DNA of 63,805 nt, the filler included, from Neoconidiobolus thromboides FSU 785 (taxonomy: Eukaryota > Fungi > Entomophthoromycota), in the NCBI GenBank assembly GCA_025603075.1. It is 7 parts of 7 records of this genome, joined end to end, with 100 filler letters (N's around TTAATTAATTAA, not from the genome) between each part and the next. Parts side by side here need not be neighbours in the genome. Positions count along the whole stretch, not along the records: positions 47,624 to 57,149 come from MU626659.1; positions 57,250 to 60,419 come from MU626826.1; positions 60,520 to 62,377 come from MU626899.1; positions 62,478 to 63,805 come from MU626993.1; 3 more parts are not named here. One strand, written 5' to 3'. Within the stretch, counting starts at the first letter, position 1. Every line of letters begins with the position of its first letter. The position numbers were made by a program, and so were the translations under genes. Of this stretch, positions 53,867 through 63,805 are shown in pieces. The notes beneath the pieces were generated by a model. It ran no database searches, was not told where the DNA came from, and saw only the letters and a program-made list of their open reading frames with translations.

Positions 53867-54802
53867 TTATTCTAATTCAAATTTTATATTAGAAGAATTG
53901 TATCTTTTTGTAAATAATGATAGTAACTCATTCCGAGATTCAGAGTGCAACGTCAAGACGAATAGAGGGTTTAAAATCGTAATAAGATAAAATAAAGCAA
54001 AAGAAAAGCAATCCATAATATGTGAACTTAACACAAAGCTATTAGTAGATTCGAAGCTAATAACAAGTAGCTCTGGTAATATACACAATAAGTAGAAAAA
54101 AGCAAATATTACTAGTCCGATAAATGATGAATACTTTTGAAAAAAACTTCGTCGAACTTTGATATGCTCTGCATTTAAATTATTAGTAATTTTCTGATAG
54201 TACCAAGAGATAGAGGTGTAGCAAATTGGAATAATGAATACATTAGGTACAACAGTTATTAAACAAAAGACTCCGAATAACAAATCACCAATTGAGCCTA
54301 TCACTTTGTTGATTGGGACACAATAAAGTGCAGATGGCATCAACTTTGAATTACCATAAACTGTTGTAACGGTAAAGATAATTAATATAGCTGAGATTAT
54401 AATAGCTGAAACAATCGTACTAGAGACTGTTGATATTTTATAAGATTTGACTATAATTAAATATCTCATAATTGATAATTGACTTGTTAAGCATAGTGCA
54501 ATAATTGTAGATGGATCATAAATTATCGAGCTTGCATGGCACCAAGCGCTTGTCCTAAAACTTAATGGACTGGTGGAACCCCATTCAATCATTTGGGAAA
54601 TCACAACAAATAAAGATGAAATACTATCGAAAACAGCTATTAAAAAGATCAATTGGGCATCTATTTTACTTTTCACATTGTTCTTTAAATTAGTTATATA
54701 TATCACTAACCCATTTAATATAATGGAAGCTACTCCAATTATAAATACAATAACTCCTAGTAGAAGGGAAAACTTTACATCATCTTCAACCAATACCTCC
54801 AT
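53867..54802 (-). CDS. Class-A-like 7TM GPCR, 311 aa, convergent paralog of 50837-51769
   Basis: ILNGLV, LIAVFD, SIMRYLIIV, LMPSALYC, YLLCILPE, ILNPLFVLTLHSESR. Confidence 0.85.
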   Translation of the reverse strand: MEVLVEDDVKFSLLLGVIVFIIGVASIILNGLVIYITNLKNNVKSKIDAQLIFLIAVFDSISSLFVVISQMIEWGSTSPLSFRTSAWCHASSIIYDPSTIIALCLTSQLSIMRYLIIVKSYKISTVSSTIVSAIIISAILIIFTVTTVYGNSKLMPSALYCVPINKVIGSIGDLLFGVFCLITVVPNVFIIPICYTSISWYYQKITNNLNAEHIKVRRSFFQKYSSFIGLVIFAFFYLLCILPELLVISFESTNSFVLSSHIMDCFSFALFYLITILNPLFVLTLHSESRNELLSLFTKRYNSSNIKFELE

Positions 54803-56653
54803 TTTTATTTATTAAATTAAAAAAGCTCTTTTGTTGGACTGCCTTTTTATATAAGCTAATATAAACCTTATAAAACTTAGATTGTGTAATAATTCAATTT
54901 ATACTACTAATAGCCCTCAGAGCTTGTTTTAATTTGTTGATTTCCTGTTTTATTTAGTATTCCTAATTTTAACCTTAGATCTAAATTTAATTTATTGTCA
55001 GTGTTTATGACACCAACCCGTATAATTAAAACTCCCTATTTAATATTTAATATATGAGTTTAATATAAAAAGAAATATCAATTTGATAGCCTTAGTAAAA
55101 AAATCAACGTTATGTACTAAGTATAAGTCAATAAACCAATAGTAATTCTTACTTATGAGTAAAAGGAAAAGTAATAATTATACCAAAAGAAAAAGAGTGT
55201 AAATTATTATGCTTAAATTAAAGAAAAACTCTCTTCTTTTGTAACTTTATTTTTACTATAGATTTTTATTAAAGGCAGTGAATCAAAAATTTAACAGCCA
55301 AATTCAAAAAACCCTATTTAAAATTGACATCACTTGACAATAAGTCAAACACATTAAAAAAACAGGTATTCTGAACCACTTTAATATAAAATTGATTTTT
55401 TGTTCTAAAGGGATGTATATACTTTGATTTATATTAAATGGGCTAATGTCTTTAGACGCGATTTTACATAGGATGTTGATATTAAGGTCTTGTAATTTTA
55501 TATTAAGCTAAATTAGAAATGTTCCATAAAAGTATATTATCATTTTCATTTAATGATGCTTTATTATTATAAATATATTAAAAACAATAGCTTGTATTCA
55601 AATATAGTATTTTGTTAAATGATATTGAATTTTAACACTTTGATTTAAACCATAATTTTGACTCTAGCCTAACCTCTGAAAATATAGCCACATGTGTAAC
55701 ATAATAGATCCACAGTCGTTGCAATCAATATATAAATCTAATCTTACATTTTAAAAAAGCAATTATTATATTAATTATATACTGTCCTTTTGTAAAGGAT
55801 ATATATTAAGTATTTATTTCTATTATTAATAAATTGGATTGTTCATTTTGGGCAAGCAACAAAAGTGAAAAAATAGACTAAAATTTTAATTATATCCAAG
55901 TTAAGCAACAATTAAAACATGCATTCTTAAAACAGGAAATATACGGATAGTCAAATTGCTGCTTTCATAACTTTATACTTTGGGTTGTAGTTATTCCATA
56001 GCTTTTGAATTCAAAATGGAGAATTATAAATATTCGTAAGCAAAATTAACAATCTTGTATGAAAATAGCATTGTCATGTAAATGACATATTTTAATATGT
56101 ATAAGTTTTTAGCCTTCTTTAAGAAATTTTGACAATAAGATGTTTATGAAGTATAATTATATAATTATAGCAAACAATGAAATGCTATAAAATAAATCCA
56201 AGTATACATATCTTGATGAAAATATGTAATCGTAGCAATTACTGGTATATATCGATTATAATCTACTTTAAAAATTGTACAAAGAGTGGATGTTTAAGAT
56301 AATGTCTATACTTAATCAATTGACTAGAATTGAATAAGATTTAACACCATTACAAATAAATGTTTAAATAGTAAATTGATATACAAGAATTTCGTAATAT
56401 ATAAATACTTAGCCCTATAATTCATGAAGGTAGATTGTAACAAGTAAAAGATACTAAAGATTTGAAAATATAAACCTTTTAAAAGTCAGTAAATTTCACT
56501 GCAAATTAAACTTTGACAATTATATACATTGTTAAGTTTGCTATAGGCAGACTGTTCATTAAGGATAAATACCATACAAATTTCGCTAAAGCTTAGATTA
56601 TGCTTTGGAAAAAGCAAGCACAAATAGTAGCCTAGGAAATTTTGTGAGAAACT

Positions 56654-56758
56654 ATATGGGGATGTATTTTTGTGTTTAAGAATTTTACTAACAATTTTTC
56701 CGCTAAATAGTGTTCAAAAATGGAAAAAATAATGAAGTCAAAAAAAACACTCCGATAT
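56654..56758 (+). mobile_element. MITE family 1, near-consensus copy
   Basis: TATATGGGGATGTATTTTTGTG...TACTAAC...AAATAG. Confidence 0.87.
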
Positions 56759-56863
56759 ATTTAAGCTTTAACAGCTATCTGATAGAGAAGTGGCTAAAGT
56801 AGATGTTTCGTCATAATAAATTTTAATTTCAATTTTAAGTATTACTTTTTATTTATCAATAAA

Positions 56864-57148
56864 TTAGTGGTATGGGGTAGCATTGTCATAACCATTGAAG
56901 TTAGTACCAGCACCAATGACACCAAGTCCAGTGGATGAGCCATAGTTATTAGAAGAGCCAACAGATCCAGCTCCAGTAGCAATGATACCAACACTGTTAC
57001 CTGCATTAGTACCTGAATATGGACCAAGAGATTGACCATAACTGGTACCTGAACCAGTGACACCAGATTGATTAAAGATGTTACCTTGAGAAGCTTGGAA
57101 GTTGGTAGATGATCCAAAACCAGCAGTTCCTAAAGTGACACCAGAAGT
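56864..57148 (-). CDS. C-terminal 94 aa of a Gly/Ser/Thr/Asn-rich protein (5'-truncated)
   Basis: TSGVTLGTAGFGSSTNFQASQG...GTNFNGYDNATPYH*; strong GGT/TCT/ACT codon bias; the track ORF 56842-57117 is the wrong frame. Confidence 0.7.
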   Translation of the reverse strand, partial: TSGVTLGTAGFGSSTNFQASQGNIFNQSGVTGSGTSYGQSLGPYSGTNAGNSVGIIATGAGSVGSSNNYGSSTGLGVIGAGTNFNGYDNATPYH

Positions 57149-57149
57149 A

Positions 57150-57249
57150 NNNNNNNNNNNNNNNNNNNNNNNNNNNNNNNNNNNNNNNNNNNNTTAATTA
57201 ATTAANNNNNNNNNNNNNNNNNNNNNNNNNNNNNNNNNNNNNNNNNNNN
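57150..57249. other. Artificial contig linker
   Basis: 44 N + TTAATTAATTAA + 44 N. Confidence 0.97.
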
Positions 57250-57402
57250 GGATCGGCAGTATGTATTGCTGGTTTTTTAGGTACAGGTTTAATAATGTCT
57301 TTATTCTGGTTTAAATTTGGTATTGATGGTAAAAACAAGTCACTTGAAGAAATGAATGATGATCAAGATTCTATAGAAAAAAAAGCACCAACTCTTGCTT
57401 AA
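57250..57402 (+). CDS. MFS-type transporter 3' end (last TM + cytosolic tail, long variant), 5'-truncated
   Basis: GSAVCIAGFLGTGLIMSLFWFKFGIDGKNKSLEEMNDDQDSIEKKAPTLA*; resembles the PETKGKSLEE tail motif of MFS transporters. Confidence 0.6.
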   Translation, partial: GSAVCIAGFLGTGLIMSLFWFKFGIDGKNKSLEEMNDDQDSIEKKAPTLA

Positions 57403-57523
57403 TCTTATATACTAACTATTTGATAACTTATAGTAAAATTATCAGCTATTTATCAATATGTTATTAATAAAATAATTTAAAAGAAAGTCTGTTTCATTCA
57501 TTTACTCCATAATTTTAAAATAT

Positions 57524-57623
57524 ATATGAGGATGTTTTTTTTCATTACTTTTTCCATTTTTTGACTGCTATTTGAATAGAAAGATTGTTATTAAAATTCT
57601 TAAACAAAAATACATCTCCATAT
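57524..57623 (-). mobile_element. MITE family 1 copy
   Basis: ATATGAGGATG...ACATCTCCATAT. Confidence 0.8.
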
Positions 57624-57722
57624 GGTATTTAAATTAACAATAAATCTTATATTTCAGAATTTTAAAATTACTCTTAACCATTATGACTATAAACTTAAAC
57701 ATTGATATATTTAAAAAAAAAG

Positions 57723-57813
57723 TGAAGGTGTCTTTTGACTTCACTTTTTCATTGAGCGCTGTTTGAGTAGAAATTGTTAGTAAAATCTTTGAACAGAAAA
57801 TACACCCTCATAT
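57723..57813 (-). mobile_element. MITE family 1 copy
   Basis: TTTTGACTTCAC...GAGCGCTGTTTGAG...ACACCCTCATAT. Confidence 0.75.
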
Positions 57814-57846
57814 AAAAATACTTTAGTTTCTCGAAAGGTGAGCAAA

Positions 57847-57954
57847 ATATGAGGCTGTATTTTTGTGCTTAAGAGTTTTACTAACAAATTTTCCACTCAA
57901 ATAGTGTTTAAAAGATGGAAAAAGTGATGAAGCCAAAAAAATGCCTCCCTATAT
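57847..57954 (+). mobile_element. MITE family 1 copy, inverted relative to 57723-57813
   Basis: ATATGAGGCTGTATTT...TACTAAC...AAATAG...CTCCCTATAT. Confidence 0.82.
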
Positions 57955-58483
57955 TGAGATAAAAGATTCATTTGCAATTTGCTTGAATAAGTTTTATCTT
58001 TACTATAAAAAACAATGCATATTAAAATCATATACTAATAGAGAATGTAATGCCAAAATGAAACAAAAGCTAAATATAATCAACACTTTACATATACAAT
58101 ATAATGCTTTGAAATATTATGTATGTATAGCTTTAAATCAATTTTTTTGTTCTTATTAATGTTTCATGGTTTGTTATTTAAATAATATAATAAATATTTA
58201 AAAACTTTACTCACATTTAAGCGATACATAGTAATACTAGCTTTTTGACCTATCGTACTTTATTATTTCTTATTTTTTATTTCTAATTTGGCCATTAAAG
58301 TGCTAACAAATTATGTATTATTTTCTGAATCAAGTTCAAATATTTTGTTATTAAAAGGATGGAGTAAACTTTAATAATACACTGTCATTTAAAAGTCATA
58401 GGATTTTACTTGAACTAAATTAAATTAAATTAAATAAATTAAACTAAATTAAACTAAATTAAACTAAATTAAACTTTTTAAAC

Positions 58484-58590
58484 ACATGGAAATGTATTCT
58501 TTTGTTTAAAAATTTTACTAACAATCTTTCCACTCAAATAGCGCTTAAAAGATAGAGAAAATAATGAAACCAAAAAAATCATCCTCATAT
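58484..58590 (+). mobile_element. MITE family 1 copy, next to an (AAAYT)n microsatellite
   Basis: ACATGGAAATGTATT...TACTAAC...AAATAGCGC...ATCCTCATAT. Confidence 0.82.
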
Positions 58591-59710
58591 TTAGATACTA
58601 AATCCCAATGATAAAAAAATTTCACATTGTAACTTCAAATTAGTATCAATGTCTATTGTAATATAACAAACAAGTAAGAAAAGGTGGCTTAAATCCTTGT
58701 TAAATGTAACTGTAGCTAATCATTCTGATTCATATAAACAATGGACTATATATTTAGATTATCAGTTATGCCACAATCTTTGAACATAAAAGTTAAACTA
58801 TTAAAATTATATTATATGGCATTCAAATTATTGTAAGAACTGCTTATCATTTCGGTGGATATTTTATCAATTAAATTTGAATTCATCACTTCCGCTTCAC
58901 CCATCCCTCCTTTGATTTTAGAATAACAAGCACTGACGAGGCTAAAAATTAAAATACTAAAGCACCTTACCTTGACTTTAGGTATTAGATCCACGTTAGG
59001 GGACCAATGTACCAGTTTGATATCCTTATTATTAGGCGTAAATACTAAACGATTCTCTGGGTTTTAGATGATTCCCCTTTTAAAAAGTCATTGCTTAAAT
59101 CAAAACTATATAGCTGGTTCATCTCAATTGAAAATAAATAGTAATATTTTTTAGGGTTGACTATTGGTTGGTTGGTTTTTTTCACCTGTTAGAAAATCAA
59201 TAATGTACTAAAGGTCATAGTATTAATCTAAAAGATTATTTATAAATGTAACTTGGCATGCTATCTTTTCAATTTTCATATTGCTACTATCTTTTTATCA
59301 TATTCATGATGTTGAATTATAATCAATTAAAGATTTTTAAAATAAAAATTATGAACTATAATTTTAAAACAAAAGAAAGCTAAAACATTTGAGAATTTTT
59401 GGTTTTATATTTCAAATTTAATAGCATAAAAGCAATTTATCAGTAAATTATGATAAACTAATGGGGAAAACCCAGTTTAAGTCACTTTACAAACTATATT
59501 ATTGTGTAAAAAATTGATAACTAAAAATTTGGGCTTAATTTCTATTTAAAATGAGTTCCTATTTTCAATTCGATGAACAACCAGGTTAAGTACATTAAAA
59601 AAAAGATGTAATAGATTTGAAACAAGAATACGATTTAAAAGCTGTAATTAAATATTATTTGAATTTAATGATCAAGTCTCAACAGGTCACTCATAAATGT
59701 TTTTCGGTAA

Positions 59711-59862
59711 TAAATGGTTTAATGAGGGGAAGAAGCTGATTGACGACTGCTTTGCGGCCAATATGATAATACATACATGATAAAGGTTAAAGTTAAGCCC
59801 AGAGCTTCATTTTTAATACGTCAATATGGACTAATCAGCTTTTGCCCCCATTAAACTATTTA
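59711..59862. mobile_element. Fold-back MITE family 4 (~152 bp)
   Basis: TAAATGGTTTAATGAGGGGAAGAAGCTGATTG...CTAATCAGCTTTTGCCCCCATTAAACTATTTA. Confidence 0.62.
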
Positions 59863-59924
59863 GGGTTTTTTCAAATCCAGGTCTTATTCAGAAAAAGATT
59901 TCTCTATATTAATCATATATTTAT

Positions 59925-60005
59925 TGAGGAATTTATAAGCATTTTTCCCCTAATAGTGCTTGAGAAATGAAAAAAGTGCCAAAGCCAAAAAAGACATTCC
60001 TATAT
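59925..60005 (+). mobile_element. MITE family 1, deleted and degenerate copy
   Basis: TAATAGTGCTTGAGAAATGAAAAAAG...ACATTCCTATAT. Confidence 0.6.
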
Positions 60006-60296
60006 GTATTGTAGAAAGGTTGTCGTATACTGTTTGTTATTATTTTGCAGCCCAAATAATACGAACATCTATTTATTGAATAAATCGTTACCAGTTGATC
60101 TCAATGTTTAATTGTTACTGATGTACAAAGAAAGATACGTTTAGGATTATTGCTTTGTACTAAATTAAAAGAATCCAAAATGAGTGGCTTTATTAGGAGG
60201 CTATCCCTTACTATCTATTTTAAAGCTTAAAAGTTAAACATAAGCCTAAATTAACACATTCAAAGCATACTGTTACACTTTGTTGATAGCACATTT

Positions 60297-60419
60297 TTAG
60301 TCAACTTCTTCATTCATTTCTTCGAGTGACTTGTTTTTACCATCAATACCAAATTTAAACCAGAATAAAGACATTATTAAACCTGTACCTAAAAAACCAG
60401 CAATACATACTGCCGATCC
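60297..60419 (-). CDS. MFS-type transporter 3' end (short-tail variant), 5'-truncated
   Basis: First 95 nt identical to 57250-57344; ends ...KNKSLEEMNEEVD*. Confidence 0.6.
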   Translation of the reverse strand, partial: GSAVCIAGFLGTGLIMSLFWFKFGIDGKNKSLEEMNEEVD

Positions 60420-60519
60420 NNNNNNNNNNNNNNNNNNNNNNNNNNNNNNNNNNNNNNNNNNNNTTAATTAATTAANNNNNNNNNNNNNNNNNNNNNNNNN
60501 NNNNNNNNNNNNNNNNNNN
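60420..60519. other. Artificial contig linker
   Basis: 44 N + TTAATTAATTAA + 44 N. Confidence 0.97.
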
Positions 60520-60617
60520 TGTATTTTTGTGTTTAAAAATTTTACTAACAAATTTTCCGCTTAAATAGCGCTTAAAAAATGGAAAAAATAATGAAGTCAA
60601 AAAAAACACTCCCACAT
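60520..60617 (+). mobile_element. MITE family 1 copy at the start of contig F
   Basis: Near-consensus; the contig break falls inside it. Confidence 0.87.
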
Positions 60618-61693
60618 AATAATTTTAATTTGCTCATTTTTGATTTTTCTTTATATTTTTAATAATAGATTATAATATTAATATTTTATTATTGATTATT
60701 CTTAAGTGACTTTATTTATTTGTATTCATATTAAACCTAAAACTCTTACATTTGCCAAAAAGACGTATTAAAACTATACTTGATAATAATACTATCTATT
60801 AGTTTTATTTTTTTTCTCCTCTAAAGTATTAATTTTGTACATTGCTTGATTAAATTTATAACTATTATTAATAAACTTTAATAAGCTATTATTATTATAA
60901 AGTGCTATAAACTTCGAGTGATTATAAATAGTTTTTAAAATAACATAAATGAATTATAATGTTTATATACTGTGTTTCTTGTTATACTAAAATTTTCAAA
61001 AATCATGTTTTAAAGTTTAGTTATAGAAGCTTTATTTTGTTTTATTTTTTGTTAAAATAAAAACAAGATAGCTAAATGTTTATATATTATATGTTTATCA
61101 AATATTCAGTAAAGCTATTTTAGACATTTAATGAAAATAATACAAAATACATACTTAAAAAATCAACTGTTTGAAAAAGTTAAATTTAAGCTTTTTGAGT
61201 CTAATTAATTATATTAAGGATTTACAAAGTTAGGCTTAAGTTTTATTTAAGGTTAGAGTAACTTTATATTATTAAAATAAGTCACTACTCTATTTTCTAA
61301 AAACTTAACATATTTATAAAAAACACATCCCCATTTATTTTCATTCATAGTACTGTGAAATATCACTTTGTTAGCTTCTTGATTGTTATAACATAATAAT
61401 CACTTAAGTTGCTGTATTCTCGAGTTCAGGTACAATTAGCCCCAAACTCCTATTTTGATTTGCTATCAGAATTTTTGTCATATGACCCCAAAGGACATTT
61501 ATCTTCCTGTTTTAATATCCATACTTGTTGAACTATAAAAGAGATTTTAGAACAATAATAACTCGAGACTTTTTAACTAAATTATTCCCTGATATCTCGA
61601 ACATTTAATAAAGCCATTAAATCTTCTTAATAGTATTTTACGTAGATTTTACATTAATATTGTCTATTATATTTATCTTACATAGTTTATAGC

Positions 61694-61796
61694 ATATGGG
61701 GATGTTTTTTTGTGTTCAAGGATTTTGCTAACAGTTTTTCCACTCAAATAGCGCTTAAAAGATGGAAAAGGTGAAGTCAAAAAAACATCATCATAT
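61694..61796 (+). mobile_element. MITE family 1 copy
   Basis: ATATGGGGATGT...TGCTAAC...AAATAGCGC...ATCATCATAT. Confidence 0.82.
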
Positions 61797-62377
61797 TATG
61801 TGATATTCTTCATAATTCAAGTATATCTTAGTCACATAAACTAAGATATTTTGACTTACAGTTAATGAACAAAGCAAGAACTGCTTTTGACTCTAACACT
61901 GAGTGCCAGATTTTATATGTACTAACCTATTTGTTTATGTTTGGTATATGTTGTAATTATAACTTTTTTCAACATTATTTTTAGTTCTTATTGTTAAAAC
62001 TTTTAGTGATACCTATTACTAATAAACTTTTTGCTACATAAAAATGGACAAGATAATAAAATAAATAATATTAATTCGTTAAACTTTTAAAAAAACAAAA
62101 AAAGTATTAATAATATATAGAAATGCATTAATAATATAAAATTCATCACTCTTATAAAATTCTTCTATCTCGAATAGGAGAAAGTCTAGGAAGCGATATC
62201 CATCAAATTTGTGGTTAAAATTATTCTTCAAAAAAAGTAAATTTCAAATTAAACTTGGTCATAATTAAATTTTAGATTGATCTAAAATTACGTGATGGTT
62301 GACACATTTTTGTCGATGGTCTTAAAAAAGTATATAAACAAAGCTCAATAATTCATTTTTAATTATATCTGTTTATA

Positions 62378-62477
62378 NNNNNNNNNNNNNNNNNNNNNNN
62401 NNNNNNNNNNNNNNNNNNNNNTTAATTAATTAANNNNNNNNNNNNNNNNNNNNNNNNNNNNNNNNNNNNNNNNNNNN
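62378..62477. other. Artificial contig linker
   Basis: 44 N + TTAATTAATTAA + 44 N. Confidence 0.97.
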
Positions 62478-62478
62478 C

Positions 62479-62571
62479 TTAAATGCTTGCGATTGGAATC
62501 ACAGAAGTGACAGATGGGGTCTTAATGGAGATTGTGATTGGGGTTCTTGCTGCTGTGGTGCAGATTGCTAA
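62479..62571 (+). CDS. C-terminus of a Cys/Trp-rich small protein (5'-truncated; absent from ORF track)
   Basis: LNACDWNHRSDRWGLNGDCDWGSCCCGADC*; GC-rich open frame against AT-rich downstream DNA. Confidence 0.6.
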   Translation, partial: LNACDWNHRSDRWGLNGDCDWGSCCCGADC

Positions 62572-63805
62572 ATTATATAGTAGTGTATTTGTCTATTCTG
62601 TATTTTGAAATATTGCTTTATGTAATGCCGGATTTTCTTAATATTATCCTATTAAAGAAGTTATCTTTACTGTCAAAATAATCGATTGTATTGTTTATAG
62701 TATCAATTTAATTTCAAATTTAATATTTCAAATTTTAACCATTCGTATTTTAGTTTACCAAAAGCTAAAGGGTTTTTATTCTTTCAATCTATACATTATT
62801 TAAGATTGAACGATGTAATATACCATTGCTTTATTTTATAATATTTAAATCATAAACAAAGGATCATAAATAAATGAATAAAACTTTGACTTAAATAATT
62901 ACTATTTCTTTTAACAGTATAGCTCATAATTATAGCAGTTAACGTTTGATTCTATTATAAACATTATAAAAAACTATTTACAAAGAAATTAATCAACCAT
63001 AAATCACTCATACAATTCATTTGCTCATGATATTAATAGAAATCAAAAAAGTATGAACTAAAGTTGCAAATTCAAACGTGTTTTGTAATAAAAATATAGT
63101 ATAAGCTTTAATATTATAGTAAGATAATTTATATCAAAGCTGATCGTTTCTAATAGTAGAACCTTTACTTTGAATAATGTAATCTTTATTGAAAAAGTAT
63201 ATTGTCATTTGGTTGATAGTGTTCAGGAAATATCAGCAGAAAATTTATAAAATTACATTTTATTTTTACACTTATGCAATAGAAGGCAGGCTTTAAAAAA
63301 TAGATGTCTCTTAGTTTTTATTAATAGGGTATAATGAGTAGGAAGTAGTTAAAGTTTATTAAAATAGGGAGCAACGTTATTAACCTTATAATAGTTCTCC
63401 ACGTTGATGTTATCTCTGACTCTTTCACCTACCTCCAAATTCTATTTCATAATCAATTTTATAAATAGAAAATACGTCACAGGATATTATAAAATTTTAA
63501 AAAAATTTATCAAATGAAATAAGAAAAGGAGTTGACAGGTTAAATGTTAAAAATTCAATAAAACAAATTTTGATTTAAAAGCAAAATGATTCACTCCAGT
63601 GTTGTCGCAAACTATATAAATGGAGTTAACTTTATTTTAAGCTAAAATGACATGTAAATTTTCAAACATAGCTTAACCTTAAATATTGATATCGTCAACC
63701 CTATATGTTTATCCTTGAATACTGATATCATCAGTTCCATATAGTATATTCTTAAAAAATAGTATAAATAATGTACAAAATGATACACAAAAGTTATCAA
63801 CAATA

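Noticed and set aside
52350-58159. ORFs 52350-52541 and 57941-58159
   Set aside because: They run through or start inside MITE sequence and have no protein signal.
58812-59050. Possible small gene or snRNA in a GC-richer patch
   Set aside because: No ATG-initiated recognisable protein, the candidate intron is only 29 nt, and CCTTACCTT is not the U1 5' end.
61420-61520. Kinase subdomain-XI-like fragment DLLSEFLSYDPKGHLS
   Set aside because: An isolated short match lacking the invariant Arg; no other kinase motifs nearby.
21667-62477. Six TTAATTAATTAA palindromes inside N runs as a biological motif
   Set aside because: Identical 44+12+44 layout with stops in all six frames; this is a concatenation linker.

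Overview
This is AT-rich eukaryotic DNA from an early-diverging fungus. The evidence is a Zn2Cys6 factor, a Pho81-type SPX-ANK-GDPD gene and mostly 45-60 nt GT-AG introns. A Zoopagomycota/Conidiobolus-like source is my inference, not a database result. The window is not one locus: six artificial 100-bp linkers (44 N + TTAATTAATTAA + 44 N) join seven contigs, A 1-21666, B 21767-45171, C 45272-47523, D 47624-57149, E 57250-60419, F 60520-62377 and G 62478-63805, so adjacency across linkers is unsupported. Genes found: beta-lactamase-fold hydrolases, SEM1-like, EAPP-like, trypsin, M14 carboxypeptidase, ATP15, MCM6, acyl-CoA synthetase, Zn2Cys6 TF, two ABCB 3' ends, KDM5-like, PHO81-like, an IS630/Tc1-derived ORF, MCM5, COX20, RPL27, tRNA-Ala(UGC), three class-A-like GPCRs, two MFS 3' ends, and about 20 copies of a ~105-bp TA-flanked MITE plus other fold-back elements. 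Main observations: (1) RPL27 can only be spliced through an AT-AC intron that lacks U12 consensus; (2) four of seven contigs are bounded by inward-facing inverted copies of one sequence, in two cases gene 3' ends with alternative C-termini, which suggests palindrome spacers or invertible segments, with an assembly caveat; (3) the MITE carries a complete ~48-nt GT..TACTAAC..YAG mini-intron; (4) an intact but catalytically dead transposase-derived gene; (5) a KDM5 lacking its third iron ligand. All alignments and counts were done by eye.
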